Source: an uncultured Clostridia bacterium (GTDB taxonomy: Bacteria > Bacillota > Clostridia > TANB77 > CAG-508). Taken from it: 64,000 bases of DNA. This document shows positions 55,501-63,528 of the stretch, piece by piece; the stretch's first letter is position 1, and each line of letters opens with the position of its first letter. The position numbers were made by a program, and so were the translations under genes. The stretch lies in contig CANPFR010000001.1 in NCBI GenBank assembly GCA_947573445.1, positions 86,984 to 150,983 on the forward strand. Direction: 5' to 3'. The notes beneath the pieces are model-generated. The model searched no databases, was not told the origin of the DNA, and saw only the letters and a program-made list of their open reading frames with translations.

Positions 55501-55979
55501 ACATCTTCATTAATTTTATTTGCCTTTTTCATATTCTCATTAGTACGCCTTAAGCTATCTATTTTTGTATTTATTTTCCCTTTTTCATTGTTTCCTACTG
55601 GTAATGAACCAATCATCCTACTAGAATCCTTTTTATCCATTTGTGACAGTTGTCCTACTTGTTTTTCTGTTAAATCAAATGTATTTTTTGATTTCATCAA
55701 TGGATTTTCAACTGATGCCAATATTCTATTCTCATTAACTCCCAATATACTCTTTACAACCGAATTTGTATTTACTGGAGCAATCCTTCTTCCAGCAGAC
55801 TGCATCACATCCGCCATCGATGCATTTCTATTTACTGTTAAATTATTTCTTGCTTGAACGTCACTTGCAATATTCGTATTCACTTCTCTCTTAGCATTGT
55901 TTGAAACTGGTGCAACCTGCATACTCCAATTTTCTCTATAATTTTTATCCTTTTTTATTTTGCTCAAATCAATTCCCAT
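49557..55979 (-). CDS. giant (2140 aa) polyvalent-type virion protein with ParB-like and PBECR-like modules
   Basis: Uninterrupted 6.4-kb ORF with an RBS. Contains the ParB-like motif ITEPIEIYRKNDGTYGIENGNHRLQIANELGIENVP (aa ~800-837), a SADSIRHTIKKHSN... module (aa ~570-705) and a Gly-rich hydrophobic segment (aa ~225-300). Confidence 0.85.
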   Translation of the reverse strand: MGIDLSKIKKDKNYRENWSMQVAPVSNNAKREVNTNIASDVQARNNLTVNRNASMADVMQSAGRRIAPVNTNSVVKSILGVNENRILASVENPLMKSKNTFDLTEKQVGQLSQMDKKDSSRMIGSLPVGNNEKGKINTKIDSLRRTNENMKKANKINEDVKNGRYSSAIGHVLSGVPNEAMNSVVNTGTMLASLNPQTRDRENLVNTGKFLAKGYQERNSMIDNSVVRTAGNVSGAIGNMAPSIATGILTGGAGILPNAVQGMGVMSSEYLNTLNENQDNQLKAFFTGIAKGGVSMATERLTGGNIISKGSVDDIVRNKLAQSTLSNGKKWLASKVYEFGGEIAEENLENMAGYLIDYVINQKGITLQDVINDAKQTSSDTFWTTLTLNALGLGGNTYKEVKQQELNNKNNIEEIKETKLQENRKDELVKRNRQEENQIANMLANRYGVESNHNNIMIKKQNGETSNLFIDKNSSVNELQRELNTNKQLDNKMQDVSEQILQNEGMRLQDNEVLQNNEKITEQENKITQNANMEQDIEKVNEFNGYSQKEIQNIKSDKIKIAESKQDISNFVQQSRSVPNNFKMYLGKVKQNIADTIKSRLGIDVNNYNISLSADSIRHTIKKHSNVDVENARGQVALTSEDFQNIPDIINNPDNIELSGKSKQGKPSIKFEKNINGNNVVITYTSDKHKNLELQTMYKFKNDKKIDSVTASNVETLNTTSETSSDTNLSNTIIPQNENKMQVLNEKNSLANSQEIGYNNLKLGERKNIFTKELMSLYNGGGYRTNEQILDLRRSIQENGITEPIEIYRKNDGTYGIENGNHRLQIANELGIENVPVKLVESWENVGVTKDNTEINILNERIDENDGSNTTSKGSIETNERSGSSRGRLYDLDDQSQNRGTTEGDVGVSKRTSNSNEQTSYVENKGNSGKIENSNESSFSLQGNNELFDYLDSEHIDYEIDKDGNIISIEDPTAITRFNYRNIDYTKTKEITLNKTELQTNPLIYEDENVRAFKLATDNMGKDISTEQIDEMAETGELPDTMRYISSKRRKHKASSGELLDSFMQKFVNKGHYMDKLANKTGNKELTYKYDRTMNAFNEAQYSIGEEQVNSKGEVVGESLKQIFEGAEEAGLEKEFGDYLLNKHNIARIVAGKSLYGDEVSAPQSSRIVADYETKHPEFKEWSQKVSKYNENNLQDMVDTGMLSQDMFNRLRSLYGDYIPTYRDIIDEKVIFDDNSVGSNVLGRATGGDQKILDPKEAMAEQTLAIKKAIRMNELGVELYKTLGKDSKVFDGIDFDAGAIQSLAGDVIQKAQDGMNTFVIFEDGQMTQFKISDDLYTAFQKDTLSNRIRNDKLANALLAPVEKLSKAQRDLLTTYSIGFSFNNPIKDIQDAIFNTKYSVSEFAKNYVKSLYQLGTKGEIYKDYIRNGGNSNTYFDYEGGVLPNRSKVQKVVDKIKSFNEILEQAPRLAEYITTLENGGTKSEALYNGAEITTNFKRGGEITKIFNRYGANFLNASVQGLDKQIRNITGQNGVKGYANLITRATVLGVAPSVLNHLLLSGSDDEEYYEDLPDYIKDSYYLFPKGKDGEFYRIPKGRVVATLGIIGRNFTEYIQGEQDLLETAKNSVSGVVDNLAPNNPFKENLIAPVVQAKRNEAWYGGEIEGTRLQKLPVAERTDEKTDELSNKISEVLQSNDITKYIADKLGISPKKINYVLDQYSGGVGDVLLPMATPYAENNIISDKFITDSVLKNKNVEVFYTELQNSELLNNSEFASDTDKIVYKYLSSGSKEIGELYAKKRDVQSSDLPDSEKKKQSKELQAQINEKVKKTLNDLEEMKISGDSASLGGEEYYKVDGEWKVMSDGEKEKMGNLSLDTYADYKNKTQEATLAKRNSTGKEGAQLSSIEKMQILQSSNYSSKEKDEIYSNYIMSKSEDKKSEYEELKEYYKDNSRVGGKNYKAEEIINQYLDYKVKANEKLAELKASGEKEEGQSLDSSEKTQLLVDSKYSKEQTEALYVNVIASESNKNKYEILKSMNKGNSIDAYLKFMLSDREADKEDDGTKSGKTISGTKKEKIVNTINGLNLNKTAKIYLLATEYNLNTNAEKSNYNTLLSYIKSLDSSEQVKIVKTLKGKTEMKDGSFEW

Positions 55980-55997
55980 ATCAGTTTCCCTTCTTTT

Positions 55998-57026
55998 TTA
56001 GGTAGCTTTTATTCTCTTTACCCACTTTTCAAGCTCTTGCTGTTTTACCTCATTAGAATCGTTTGGATTTACATTTAATGTATATAGCTTTCCATTCACT
56101 TCTCCCTTATAAATTCCATTACCAATATCAGATATCTTAACTCCATCATACACATATCCGTCATTCTCCGTATTAATCTTCGAAGAAGTTCCAGAACTAG
56201 ACTTACCATCCGAAAAATTCGAACCCTTCGAACTCCTAGAACTCTTCGAACCTCCAGAACCCTTACTACTACTCGCCCTCTTCGACAACTCATACTGAGC
56301 CTTCCATTGATTATCCGCCACAGCATCCCTCTCCTTCTGATATGCCATCGACTCATTATACTGCCTAATCTGTTCAGCCAATGCATTCTCCGTATTAATC
56401 TGATTCACAACATCCTGATACCTCTGATAATAACGATCCCCCACATCAAGCTCCGTATTCAACTCATTCATCAGCAACGAATTTTTATACTGAAACCCCT
56501 CCAAAGCAAGTTCCAACTGTTTCTGAAGAGAATTAAATGCAATCTCTGCTAAACTACTGCTATTCGCAAGTTCTGCCTGCGTAATCTGATTATTATAGCT
56601 CTGCACCGCTTGATGATACGTCTCTTTCGCCACAGCATATCGATTTTGGTAAGTATTATACATACTCACCCTAGAACTTTCACTATACCCAGAACCACTC
56701 AAACCAGCAGATGCCATTTGCTCACTATTCACACCATATGCATTTGTCTGTTTTGCATAATCCGCATAAGAAGCTTTCTGTTCTTTTAAATAATCCCTTT
56801 CATCCTGTTCCTTATTTTGATTAATCTCCTCAATCATCTGATCCGTTCTAGCCTGTTGCAACTCACTTTGCTTTTGCTCATAACTTTGAGTCGCCTGTTT
56901 CAAATCATTATAATACGAATCAGCACCATTAATCATACCATTATAAGTATCATTCACCTTCCCCATTGTAGCTTCTTTTTCAGCTTGAACCTGTGCAAAA
57001 CGTTCATCATTGTAATCAATTGCCAT
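55998..57026 (-). CDS. phage structural/internal protein, Q/N/S-rich (342 aa)
   Basis: Coiled Q/N-rich body, an SSSKGSGGSKSSRSSKGS low-complexity run, and a small C-terminal beta domain. Confidence 0.7.
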   Translation of the reverse strand: MAIDYNDERFAQVQAEKEATMGKVNDTYNGMINGADSYYNDLKQATQSYEQKQSELQQARTDQMIEEINQNKEQDERDYLKEQKASYADYAKQTNAYGVNSEQMASAGLSGSGYSESSRVSMYNTYQNRYAVAKETYHQAVQSYNNQITQAELANSSSLAEIAFNSLQKQLELALEGFQYKNSLLMNELNTELDVGDRYYQRYQDVVNQINTENALAEQIRQYNESMAYQKERDAVADNQWKAQYELSKRASSSKGSGGSKSSRSSKGSNFSDGKSSSGTSSKINTENDGYVYDGVKISDIGNGIYKGEVNGKLYTLNVNPNDSNEVKQQELEKWVKRIKAT

Positions 57027-57037
57027 TCCATTCCCTC

Positions 57038-58747
57038 CTATCTCTTCACCACATTACCAATATACGCCTCCAACGTACAACTATATAAAACAAACGGTAA
57101 ATCCGACCAAAACTTAACCTGTATACTCTTAAACTTCTTCGCCTTAATTCTAGGTTTAAAATACCCCTTCGTACTTGTGCTATACGTTCCAATCTTAATA
57201 AAATCTTCATTATCCTTTCTCATAGACAACATTATTTTCTCTCCCTCACAATCTACTACAGTCCCTTTTTTATTCGTCGTTTTCCACATCTGGGGATATC
57301 TCATTTCATCTGCCATTGTACAAAAATAACTTTCAATTTTCCTACTTCCCTTATCATCTGTCAAAGTATATACTTTATTATCACTACACAAATAAAGCAC
57401 TCCAGCCTTCACAAAAGTAGCACTTATACTCTCTTCCATCTCCCAATAAAACCACTCATATTCAATATGGTCATTCAAAGTATGTTTACCTCTTGAATCT
57501 GCTAAATAAACTTTATTATCAATACAAACTAATAAATAACCTTCCCATTCTTCCAGCAACATATTTTTATAATTCACTTCATTCAACAAACAATTATCAA
57601 TCAACGAACTCCTATGACAAATCACCTGTTCTGTCGTCACATCTCCTGAAACACTCTCCATACCACGTGAACTAAAAAACACAATATCATCATTAAAATT
57701 AATACCCTTACCCACACAACCAGTCGAAATACTAGAATGCGTAGACGGATAAATCTTCCCATAATCACTTTCAACACCAGGATTATGATAATAAATCGTC
57801 GTATTACTTTGACTTGGCTCCTTCATCACCCACAAAGCATTATTACCAGCAACAATCGCCTTAATCGCCGAATCATCTGTCCCCTCCGTATAATAATCCA
57901 AATCACTACAATAACTTGGGTCATCTAACGAGCAATGCCACAACATATTCGGGTATTTTGGATTTCCAGCAAAAAACACCCTATTATCAAAAACCTGCAC
58001 CAACATGCAACCTTCAATCCTCTCACGATACCCTTTTATCACCTTTTGAAACTGTACAATTATATTATCCTGTCCATCCGTCTCAGGCTTACTTGGAGCT
58101 ACAGCAAACTCAATATAACCTTTGTCCGCATGCACCGTAAAACCACTTTTCAACTCTGTTCCATTTACCCAAACCCTGACCCCATAATCATCATCAAAAC
58201 ACTCCACATCTAAATAATACTCTCTACTCATACCATCACTACAAAACTGATTTTTCCTAAGTCCTGTCAATAAATTTACATCTTCATATACTTTACCATT
58301 ACCAGCAGCACTCTTACTAATCGTCGTAGTAGGAACATAACCTTCTACCTCTTTTACTTCCCTACCATCATATACAAGATACTTCTTACCATCTAAAATA
58401 TACAGCAACGAATTATAAATAAAAAACACACTTCTATTCTGAAACATGTCCTCATAAATCACATTTCCATTATCATATAGTTTATTTCCACTATGTATTA
58501 CCATGTTATTATTAAAAAAATAAATCCCATAAATTTTATCTTCATATTCTTTCATTAGTTCAGTACAAGGTCTTGACTCAACACATAAGCCATTACTCCC
58601 TTTATAATTTTTCCACATATTCAAAGCATCTGGAGAACGATATAATGAAATCTCATCTTTGCGATTACTAAAATCAACCCCCCTAAAATCAGCATACTCT
58701 CGAAAAATCAAACTGCCACTTGCACCACTACTCAAAGTAGAACTCAT
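57038..58747 (-). CDS. phage structural protein, beta-repeat rich (569 aa)
   Basis: Recurrent ...NKVY..D... strand motifs suggest a propeller or tail-hub type protein. Function is not assigned. Confidence 0.7.
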   Translation of the reverse strand: MSSTLSSGASGSLIFREYADFRGVDFSNRKDEISLYRSPDALNMWKNYKGSNGLCVESRPCTELMKEYEDKIYGIYFFNNNMVIHSGNKLYDNGNVIYEDMFQNRSVFFIYNSLLYILDGKKYLVYDGREVKEVEGYVPTTTISKSAAGNGKVYEDVNLLTGLRKNQFCSDGMSREYYLDVECFDDDYGVRVWVNGTELKSGFTVHADKGYIEFAVAPSKPETDGQDNIIVQFQKVIKGYRERIEGCMLVQVFDNRVFFAGNPKYPNMLWHCSLDDPSYCSDLDYYTEGTDDSAIKAIVAGNNALWVMKEPSQSNTTIYYHNPGVESDYGKIYPSTHSSISTGCVGKGINFNDDIVFFSSRGMESVSGDVTTEQVICHRSSLIDNCLLNEVNYKNMLLEEWEGYLLVCIDNKVYLADSRGKHTLNDHIEYEWFYWEMEESISATFVKAGVLYLCSDNKVYTLTDDKGSRKIESYFCTMADEMRYPQMWKTTNKKGTVVDCEGEKIMLSMRKDNEDFIKIGTYSTSTKGYFKPRIKAKKFKSIQVKFWSDLPFVLYSCTLEAYIGNVVKR

Positions 58748-59301
58748 ACCTCTATTCCTCCATCTATAAACAAACTTCCCATACTCCTTCTTGGATCCAA
58801 TCTTTGTAACATTTGTTCATATCTCTCTGCATACAATCTACCGTAATTTGCCGAAACATCCGCCTTCAATAAATCTCCAGCCACACCATAAACCATAATC
58901 TCCAGGCACTCTTTATCTAATTCAAATACATAATCATCATCCGTTTCCTCATCAATCTGCACAGGATACTTATAATAAAAAATTTGAGCCAATCCCTCTG
59001 ACTCAAAAATAACCTTATTACCCAAAACAGTTGACTCAACCCCACGAATCATATTCACTTGATAAATCCTTCTATCAATATCCGTAATATTTATTATTCT
59101 TTCATTCTCTTCATCTTCAAATACAACATCTATCCTAATATATCCATCAATCTTTTTCAGTCTTGCTACTTCGTTCATAATACTATTAATCACACTATTC
59201 ATTTTACTCGACAAATCTTGATCCTCTGTCAAATCCTCAGCCTCTTCATTATATTCCTCAATTAATTCATACACCTTCGCCTTAAACTCTTCTAAAGTCA
59301 T
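58744..59301 (-). CDS. phage head-tail joining region protein (185 aa)
   Basis: Assigned by position downstream of the capsid gene and a 4-nt overlap with the next gene. No motif recognised. Confidence 0.6.
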   Translation of the reverse strand: MTLEEFKAKVYELIEEYNEEAEDLTEDQDLSSKMNSVINSIMNEVARLKKIDGYIRIDVVFEDEENERIINITDIDRRIYQVNMIRGVESTVLGNKVIFESEGLAQIFYYKYPVQIDEETDDDYVFELDKECLEIMVYGVAGDLLKADVSANYGRLYAERYEQMLQRLDPRRSMGSLFIDGGIEV

Positions 59302-59302
59302 C

Positions 59303-59620
59303 TCACTCCTCCTTGTCTAAATCTTTTATGCACTCCAAATCTTCCAATGCTTCCGAAATCCTTACATATCGATCAACTGGTACCACATAGCCCCTATTCT
59401 CATTCTCAAACAAAACAACCATACCCTCTTTCAAGTAAATTATTGTTTTCGTTTCACTTTCAAAATTTTCTGCTTTCCTCTTCTCTACCTGCACAAACTT
59501 CAAATCACTCAATTCTTGTTTTATTCTTCCATCTTCACTTTCAAACTTCAATTTCGTTTCCTTATCTACCTTCACACCTGCATATAATGTAACATCTGGT
59601 ATTTTCATATATCTATTCAT
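59303..59620 (-). CDS. phage hypothetical protein (105 aa)
   Basis: GGGAGGAA RBS, immediately after the capsid-gene hairpin. Confidence 0.6.
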   Translation of the reverse strand: MNRYMKIPDVTLYAGVKVDKETKLKFESEDGRIKQELSDLKFVQVEKRKAENFESETKTIIYLKEGMVVLFENENRGYVVPVDRYVRISEALEDLECIKDLDKEE

Positions 59621-59708
59621 AATTTCCTCCCTTTTCGTAGCAATAGGAATTGCACCTATTAAAACTCTCTTACCACGATATAAAAAGGGTCAAAATAACC
59701 CTCTCCAA

Positions 59709-60545
59709 TTAAGACGCTTTTGTTGTTCTGGCCACAGCTGTTGAATTTGTAATTTTTAATACTTGGATTCTATCATTATCAATCACCTTTGCACCAAACG
59801 TATCCAAACCTCTCACAATATCCTTAAACCTCTTCTCAGCCCTCAATGCTTCCACCTCATTAATCTGTCCAGCAAAAGCAATCGCCTTCTTACCACGAAT
59901 ATCACAATAAGTAAAACTTCCATCATTCTTCATATTATTACTCATAATCACATCAAAATCATCATAAACCCCAACTTTACCCTTCTTAATATATTCTGGG
60001 TTATCCGTCGATAAAGTAATCAATTGTTTTTTAAACTTATTATAAACCTTTGGCGTAATTTCAATCACACCATCCTCATCAAAATTTCTTTCACGAAGAG
60101 CCACAATCCCTTCATCAACACCATCTACAATTGCTTGTTCTGTCATACTAGTTATCTCTGTCACATTTGTACCAGTAGAAATCAACTCTGCTACATAACT
60201 ATCCCTCGCCACAGCCAAACCATGTACCGCTTTCTCTTGATATTTCTCCTTTAATCCTGGAACAGATTGTGCCTGATTAATATCATCCACATAAAAAGCA
60301 AAATAATTTGCTTGGTCAATTATCAAAACTTGACCCTTATCAGACATCTCCTCAATATCAATATCTTTTGAACCATCATATGCTCCTATCGTAGGCTCTC
60401 CAACCCCCAATATCTTTACAGATTGTGCATACTTACAATCTCCCTCATAATCACGTAAACAATTATCCACCAATTTACATTTAAGCTCCAAATCATCTTG
60501 GATTTTCTTACTCCAAATCGTTTGAATAAAATTTGTTACAGCCAT
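59709..60545 (-). CDS. major capsid protein (P22-coat-like family)
   Basis: N-terminal FIQTIWSKKIQDDLE...DNCLRDYEGD...SVKILG pattern, typical of this capsid family. Follows the scaffold gene and has a hairpin downstream. Confidence 0.85.
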   Translation of the reverse strand: MAVTNFIQTIWSKKIQDDLELKCKLVDNCLRDYEGDCKYAQSVKILGVGEPTIGAYDGSKDIDIEEMSDKGQVLIIDQANYFAFYVDDINQAQSVPGLKEKYQEKAVHGLAVARDSYVAELISTGTNVTEITSMTEQAIVDGVDEGIVALRERNFDEDGVIEITPKVYNKFKKQLITLSTDNPEYIKKGKVGVYDDFDVIMSNNMKNDGSFTYCDIRGKKAIAFAGQINEVEALRAEKRFKDIVRGLDTFGAKVIDNDRIQVLKITNSTAVARTTKAS

Positions 60546-60583
60546 TTTTCATTACCTTCCTTTCTCCTTAAAAACAAAAAGAA

Positions 60584-61348
60584 CTATTTCCACTTCGCCA
60601 TAGAAGTCTCAATCGCTTTCATAAGTTCTGGAATCTTATCCAAATCTTCTCTCGTAAACTTTCTAGCCTCTTCAATGGTATAAAACTCCTTCACCCCATT
60701 ATCCTTTGACGAACTTGTTTTCATGCTTCCAATTGTTTCAATTTTCTTTTTTGGTTTCATTTTTTCGTACATCTCGTACTTTTCTTTTATCGATAAGTTC
60801 GGATTCAACTTACTAGAAAACTCTTTAAACTCATTATCTTCTAATACTTCCTTACCTACCCCTATTTTTGCAAGTTCCTTCATTCCTTCCTGTCTACCTC
60901 TTTCCTCAGCAAGCCTTGTAAATACTAATTTTTCATATGCCGACATGTTATCAGCACCTTTCTCAGCCAATTTATCAACATATTTCACAATTTCATCATA
61001 GCCATCGTTAATCACATCTCTAACCTCAGCCTCAGCCAATATTTGCTCTTGTCTTGCTGTTAACTTTGTTTCAGGAATTTCAACACCTTGCCCTTTGTAA
61101 AAATCCGTCAATTTTTGAGTAGCCTCTTCCACATTATCTGTTTCAAGTCCAGCTTTCAACACCATCTCTAATCTGCCATATTTCTGTTCATACTCCTCAC
61201 GAATTTTTTGTTCTTGTCTGGATAATCTATCCTTGACAAATCGATCTACATCCTCCTGGGTAAACTTTAGCCCTTTTTCCTCCTCTACAGTCGCCCCTTC
61301 TTTTTCAGTTTCTACTCCCTCTGTAAATTCAGTAGGTTCTACTTGCAC
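60584..61348 (-). CDS. capsid scaffolding protein (DUF4355-like)
   Basis: Acidic N-terminus, FTQEDVDRFVKDRLSRQEQK motif, located between portal and capsid. A possible N-terminal extension to 61430 is described in the findings. Confidence 0.8.
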   Translation of the reverse strand: MQVEPTEFTEGVETEKEGATVEEEKGLKFTQEDVDRFVKDRLSRQEQKIREEYEQKYGRLEMVLKAGLETDNVEEATQKLTDFYKGQGVEIPETKLTARQEQILAEAEVRDVINDGYDEIVKYVDKLAEKGADNMSAYEKLVFTRLAEERGRQEGMKELAKIGVGKEVLEDNEFKEFSSKLNPNLSIKEKYEMYEKMKPKKKIETIGSMKTSSSKDNGVKEFYTIEEARKFTREDLDKIPELMKAIETSMAKWK

Positions 61349-61553
61349 CCCTGCCTCGATTTCTTCTGTAGCTCCGAGTATCTACATTTTCAGTATCGTT
61401 AGTTGTTTCTAACATTTCATCTTTTTCCATTTAAAATCTCCTTTTTAAAGTCTGTCGACTATAATCTCTTGATAGCAGTTTTCTGTCATACACATGGTTT
61501 GGACGTATAAAAAAACACTTCACTTAAAAGGCAAGTGTTTATATAACTACTTC

Positions 61554-63266
61554 TTAGTTTTCTTCTATATCCTGTTCTTGTGGTTGTTGCTGAGCTTGTG
61601 AAATTTGACTTGCCTGTGTTTCCACATCACCATTTAAAAATTGACTTGCCCTATGTTGCATCATTTGAGCTTTAGCCTTAATCATTGCAATTTTTCTCTG
61701 TTCCTCTTCTTGTTTCTCTACAATCTCTAATAGTTTCTGTTTTGGCATTGTACTATCATCTGGCAAAGCCTCCAAATACAACTTTAATTGCGGAAGCATT
61801 TCAGGTGAAAAATAACCACCCTTCAATAAATTCTCTAAAGATAATTCTTGAGCATATCGATCAAAAGCACTTTTTGGCGTAATATCTACCTTAACAGTCC
61901 CTTGTAGCTCACTCATAACACTCTCTGGTACTGTAATTAACTGTGTATATTCTTCTCCTGTTTGTGGGTCTGTTTCTGTATCTTCCAACACCATTCCATC
62001 TGGTGTATAAACAACCCACATATCAAGCCAAATTCTTGCTAAATCTTCAATGCTACTCTTAAGTCCACTTAACTGTTTATTCATCGGTTGCTTACTTGCA
62101 TTCTGTATTGCCAGAATTGCCTTACCAGATGCTTTCTCTGGATCAGCTCCACCTGTCACCACATCAGAAGCATTTTTTAGTTCTCTTGTAATATTAATCA
62201 AATTCTGGATTAATGTTTGCACATCACCACTCATCTGTGCTGGTTGAACATAACCGAACACTTTTTTTACATCATCTACTGTCTGATCATTCGTTTTTAT
62301 GATACCACCAACCTGTTTTACTGCACTTTGATTTTGTATTTTACTTATATTTACAATTTTTTGTGGATACGCATTTTGTTTTATCGACAACAAACTTCTA
62401 GCAAGTGTCTTATTTAGCTCAATCTGATTTGGGATTAAATATCTTACCTCTCCTTCACCTCTACTATTGCCTTTTTTACTCTTCCAGTTAAAATGCGTTA
62501 AAGGATAATAATGTAATCCTGTATCAGTATCTTCTTTTATTTCCACATACTTAACCGCTTTCGCATAATGGAGAGTTCCATTTTCCATCCATAACTTCGT
62601 AATTAAAGTACACATTTCTTCTTTTTCATATTTACTATCCTCGCCAGCCTCTTCAAAATTATCTTTATCCGCATAAATAAAAGAGATTTTCTCTTCACTT
62701 ATTCCCTTTTCTCTCGCCATCTTCTCAATTTCAATATAGGACTTTCTTTGTTTTATGATAATATATGGTTGACTTTGAATATCTGAATTGTTTTCATTTC
62801 CATATTGCACATCATTTTTTGATAAAATTTCATTGACTGGATTTTGTTTTTCAGTATCATAATCCACATAAATAATTCCCTCATCATTTACTGCCGAATC
62901 TGTCGAAAACTCTCTAATCTTATCATCCATATTATCCTTTTCCCATACTTTTGAAGCTTTTTTGTTTAATAATTCACATGTTTTCTCAGCTGTCCTTCGA
63001 AACTCTCTATTCTCAAAATTCTCACTCGAATAATTAATTCCCCATAAATTGCTATTAATCGTACTCACCTTATGATCCACAATCGTCTCAATAAAATTAA
63101 ACTGTGCCTGCTCAATCCCCTCAATCTTAGCACCTTCCCATTGATTACCATTATAAAAACGATAATTCTTATCCGTATCCGAAAACACATTCCTCATACG
63201 CATAAAATTTCTGCCCTTTTCATATAGTTTCCAAATATCAGTTTCCCTTAGTTCTTTTAAATCCAC
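61554..63266 (-). CDS. portal protein
   Basis: 570 aa, immediately downstream of terminase. NYRFYNGNQWEG motif near the N-terminus and an acidic C-terminus. Confidence 0.85.
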   Translation of the reverse strand: MDLKELRETDIWKLYEKGRNFMRMRNVFSDTDKNYRFYNGNQWEGAKIEGIEQAQFNFIETIVDHKVSTINSNLWGINYSSENFENREFRRTAEKTCELLNKKASKVWEKDNMDDKIREFSTDSAVNDEGIIYVDYDTEKQNPVNEILSKNDVQYGNENNSDIQSQPYIIIKQRKSYIEIEKMAREKGISEEKISFIYADKDNFEEAGEDSKYEKEEMCTLITKLWMENGTLHYAKAVKYVEIKEDTDTGLHYYPLTHFNWKSKKGNSRGEGEVRYLIPNQIELNKTLARSLLSIKQNAYPQKIVNISKIQNQSAVKQVGGIIKTNDQTVDDVKKVFGYVQPAQMSGDVQTLIQNLINITRELKNASDVVTGGADPEKASGKAILAIQNASKQPMNKQLSGLKSSIEDLARIWLDMWVVYTPDGMVLEDTETDPQTGEEYTQLITVPESVMSELQGTVKVDITPKSAFDRYAQELSLENLLKGGYFSPEMLPQLKLYLEALPDDSTMPKQKLLEIVEKQEEEQRKIAMIKAKAQMMQHRASQFLNGDVETQASQISQAQQQPQEQDIEEN

Positions 63267-63282
63267 TTATCACACCTCTTTT

Positions 63283-63528
63283 CTATATAGGTACATCTTT
63301 CTGTCCATTTGACGTTCCATCATAATTATCAATATTCTGCATAATCACATCCATTTTTTCTTGTTCCCTCTTAACCTCTTTCTTTTCCTTGTATTCTTTA
63401 TGTTTCTTTATTGGATTTATATTAGGCAATCTTATATCTAGCTCTTCATTTCTACACAACTTTGAACCCAAATAAAAAGACAATAGGTTTATCCCACCTA
63501 CTGCCAACACCAGCAGAATATCATTCAT
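63283..63528 (-). CDS. small membrane protein (81 aa)
   Basis: N-terminal transmembrane segment and a K/E-rich tail. Overlaps the terminase stop. Confidence 0.5.
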   Translation of the reverse strand: MNDILLVLAVGGINLLSFYLGSKLCRNEELDIRLPNINPIKKHKEYKEKKEVKREQEKMDVIMQNIDNYDGTSNGQKDVPI

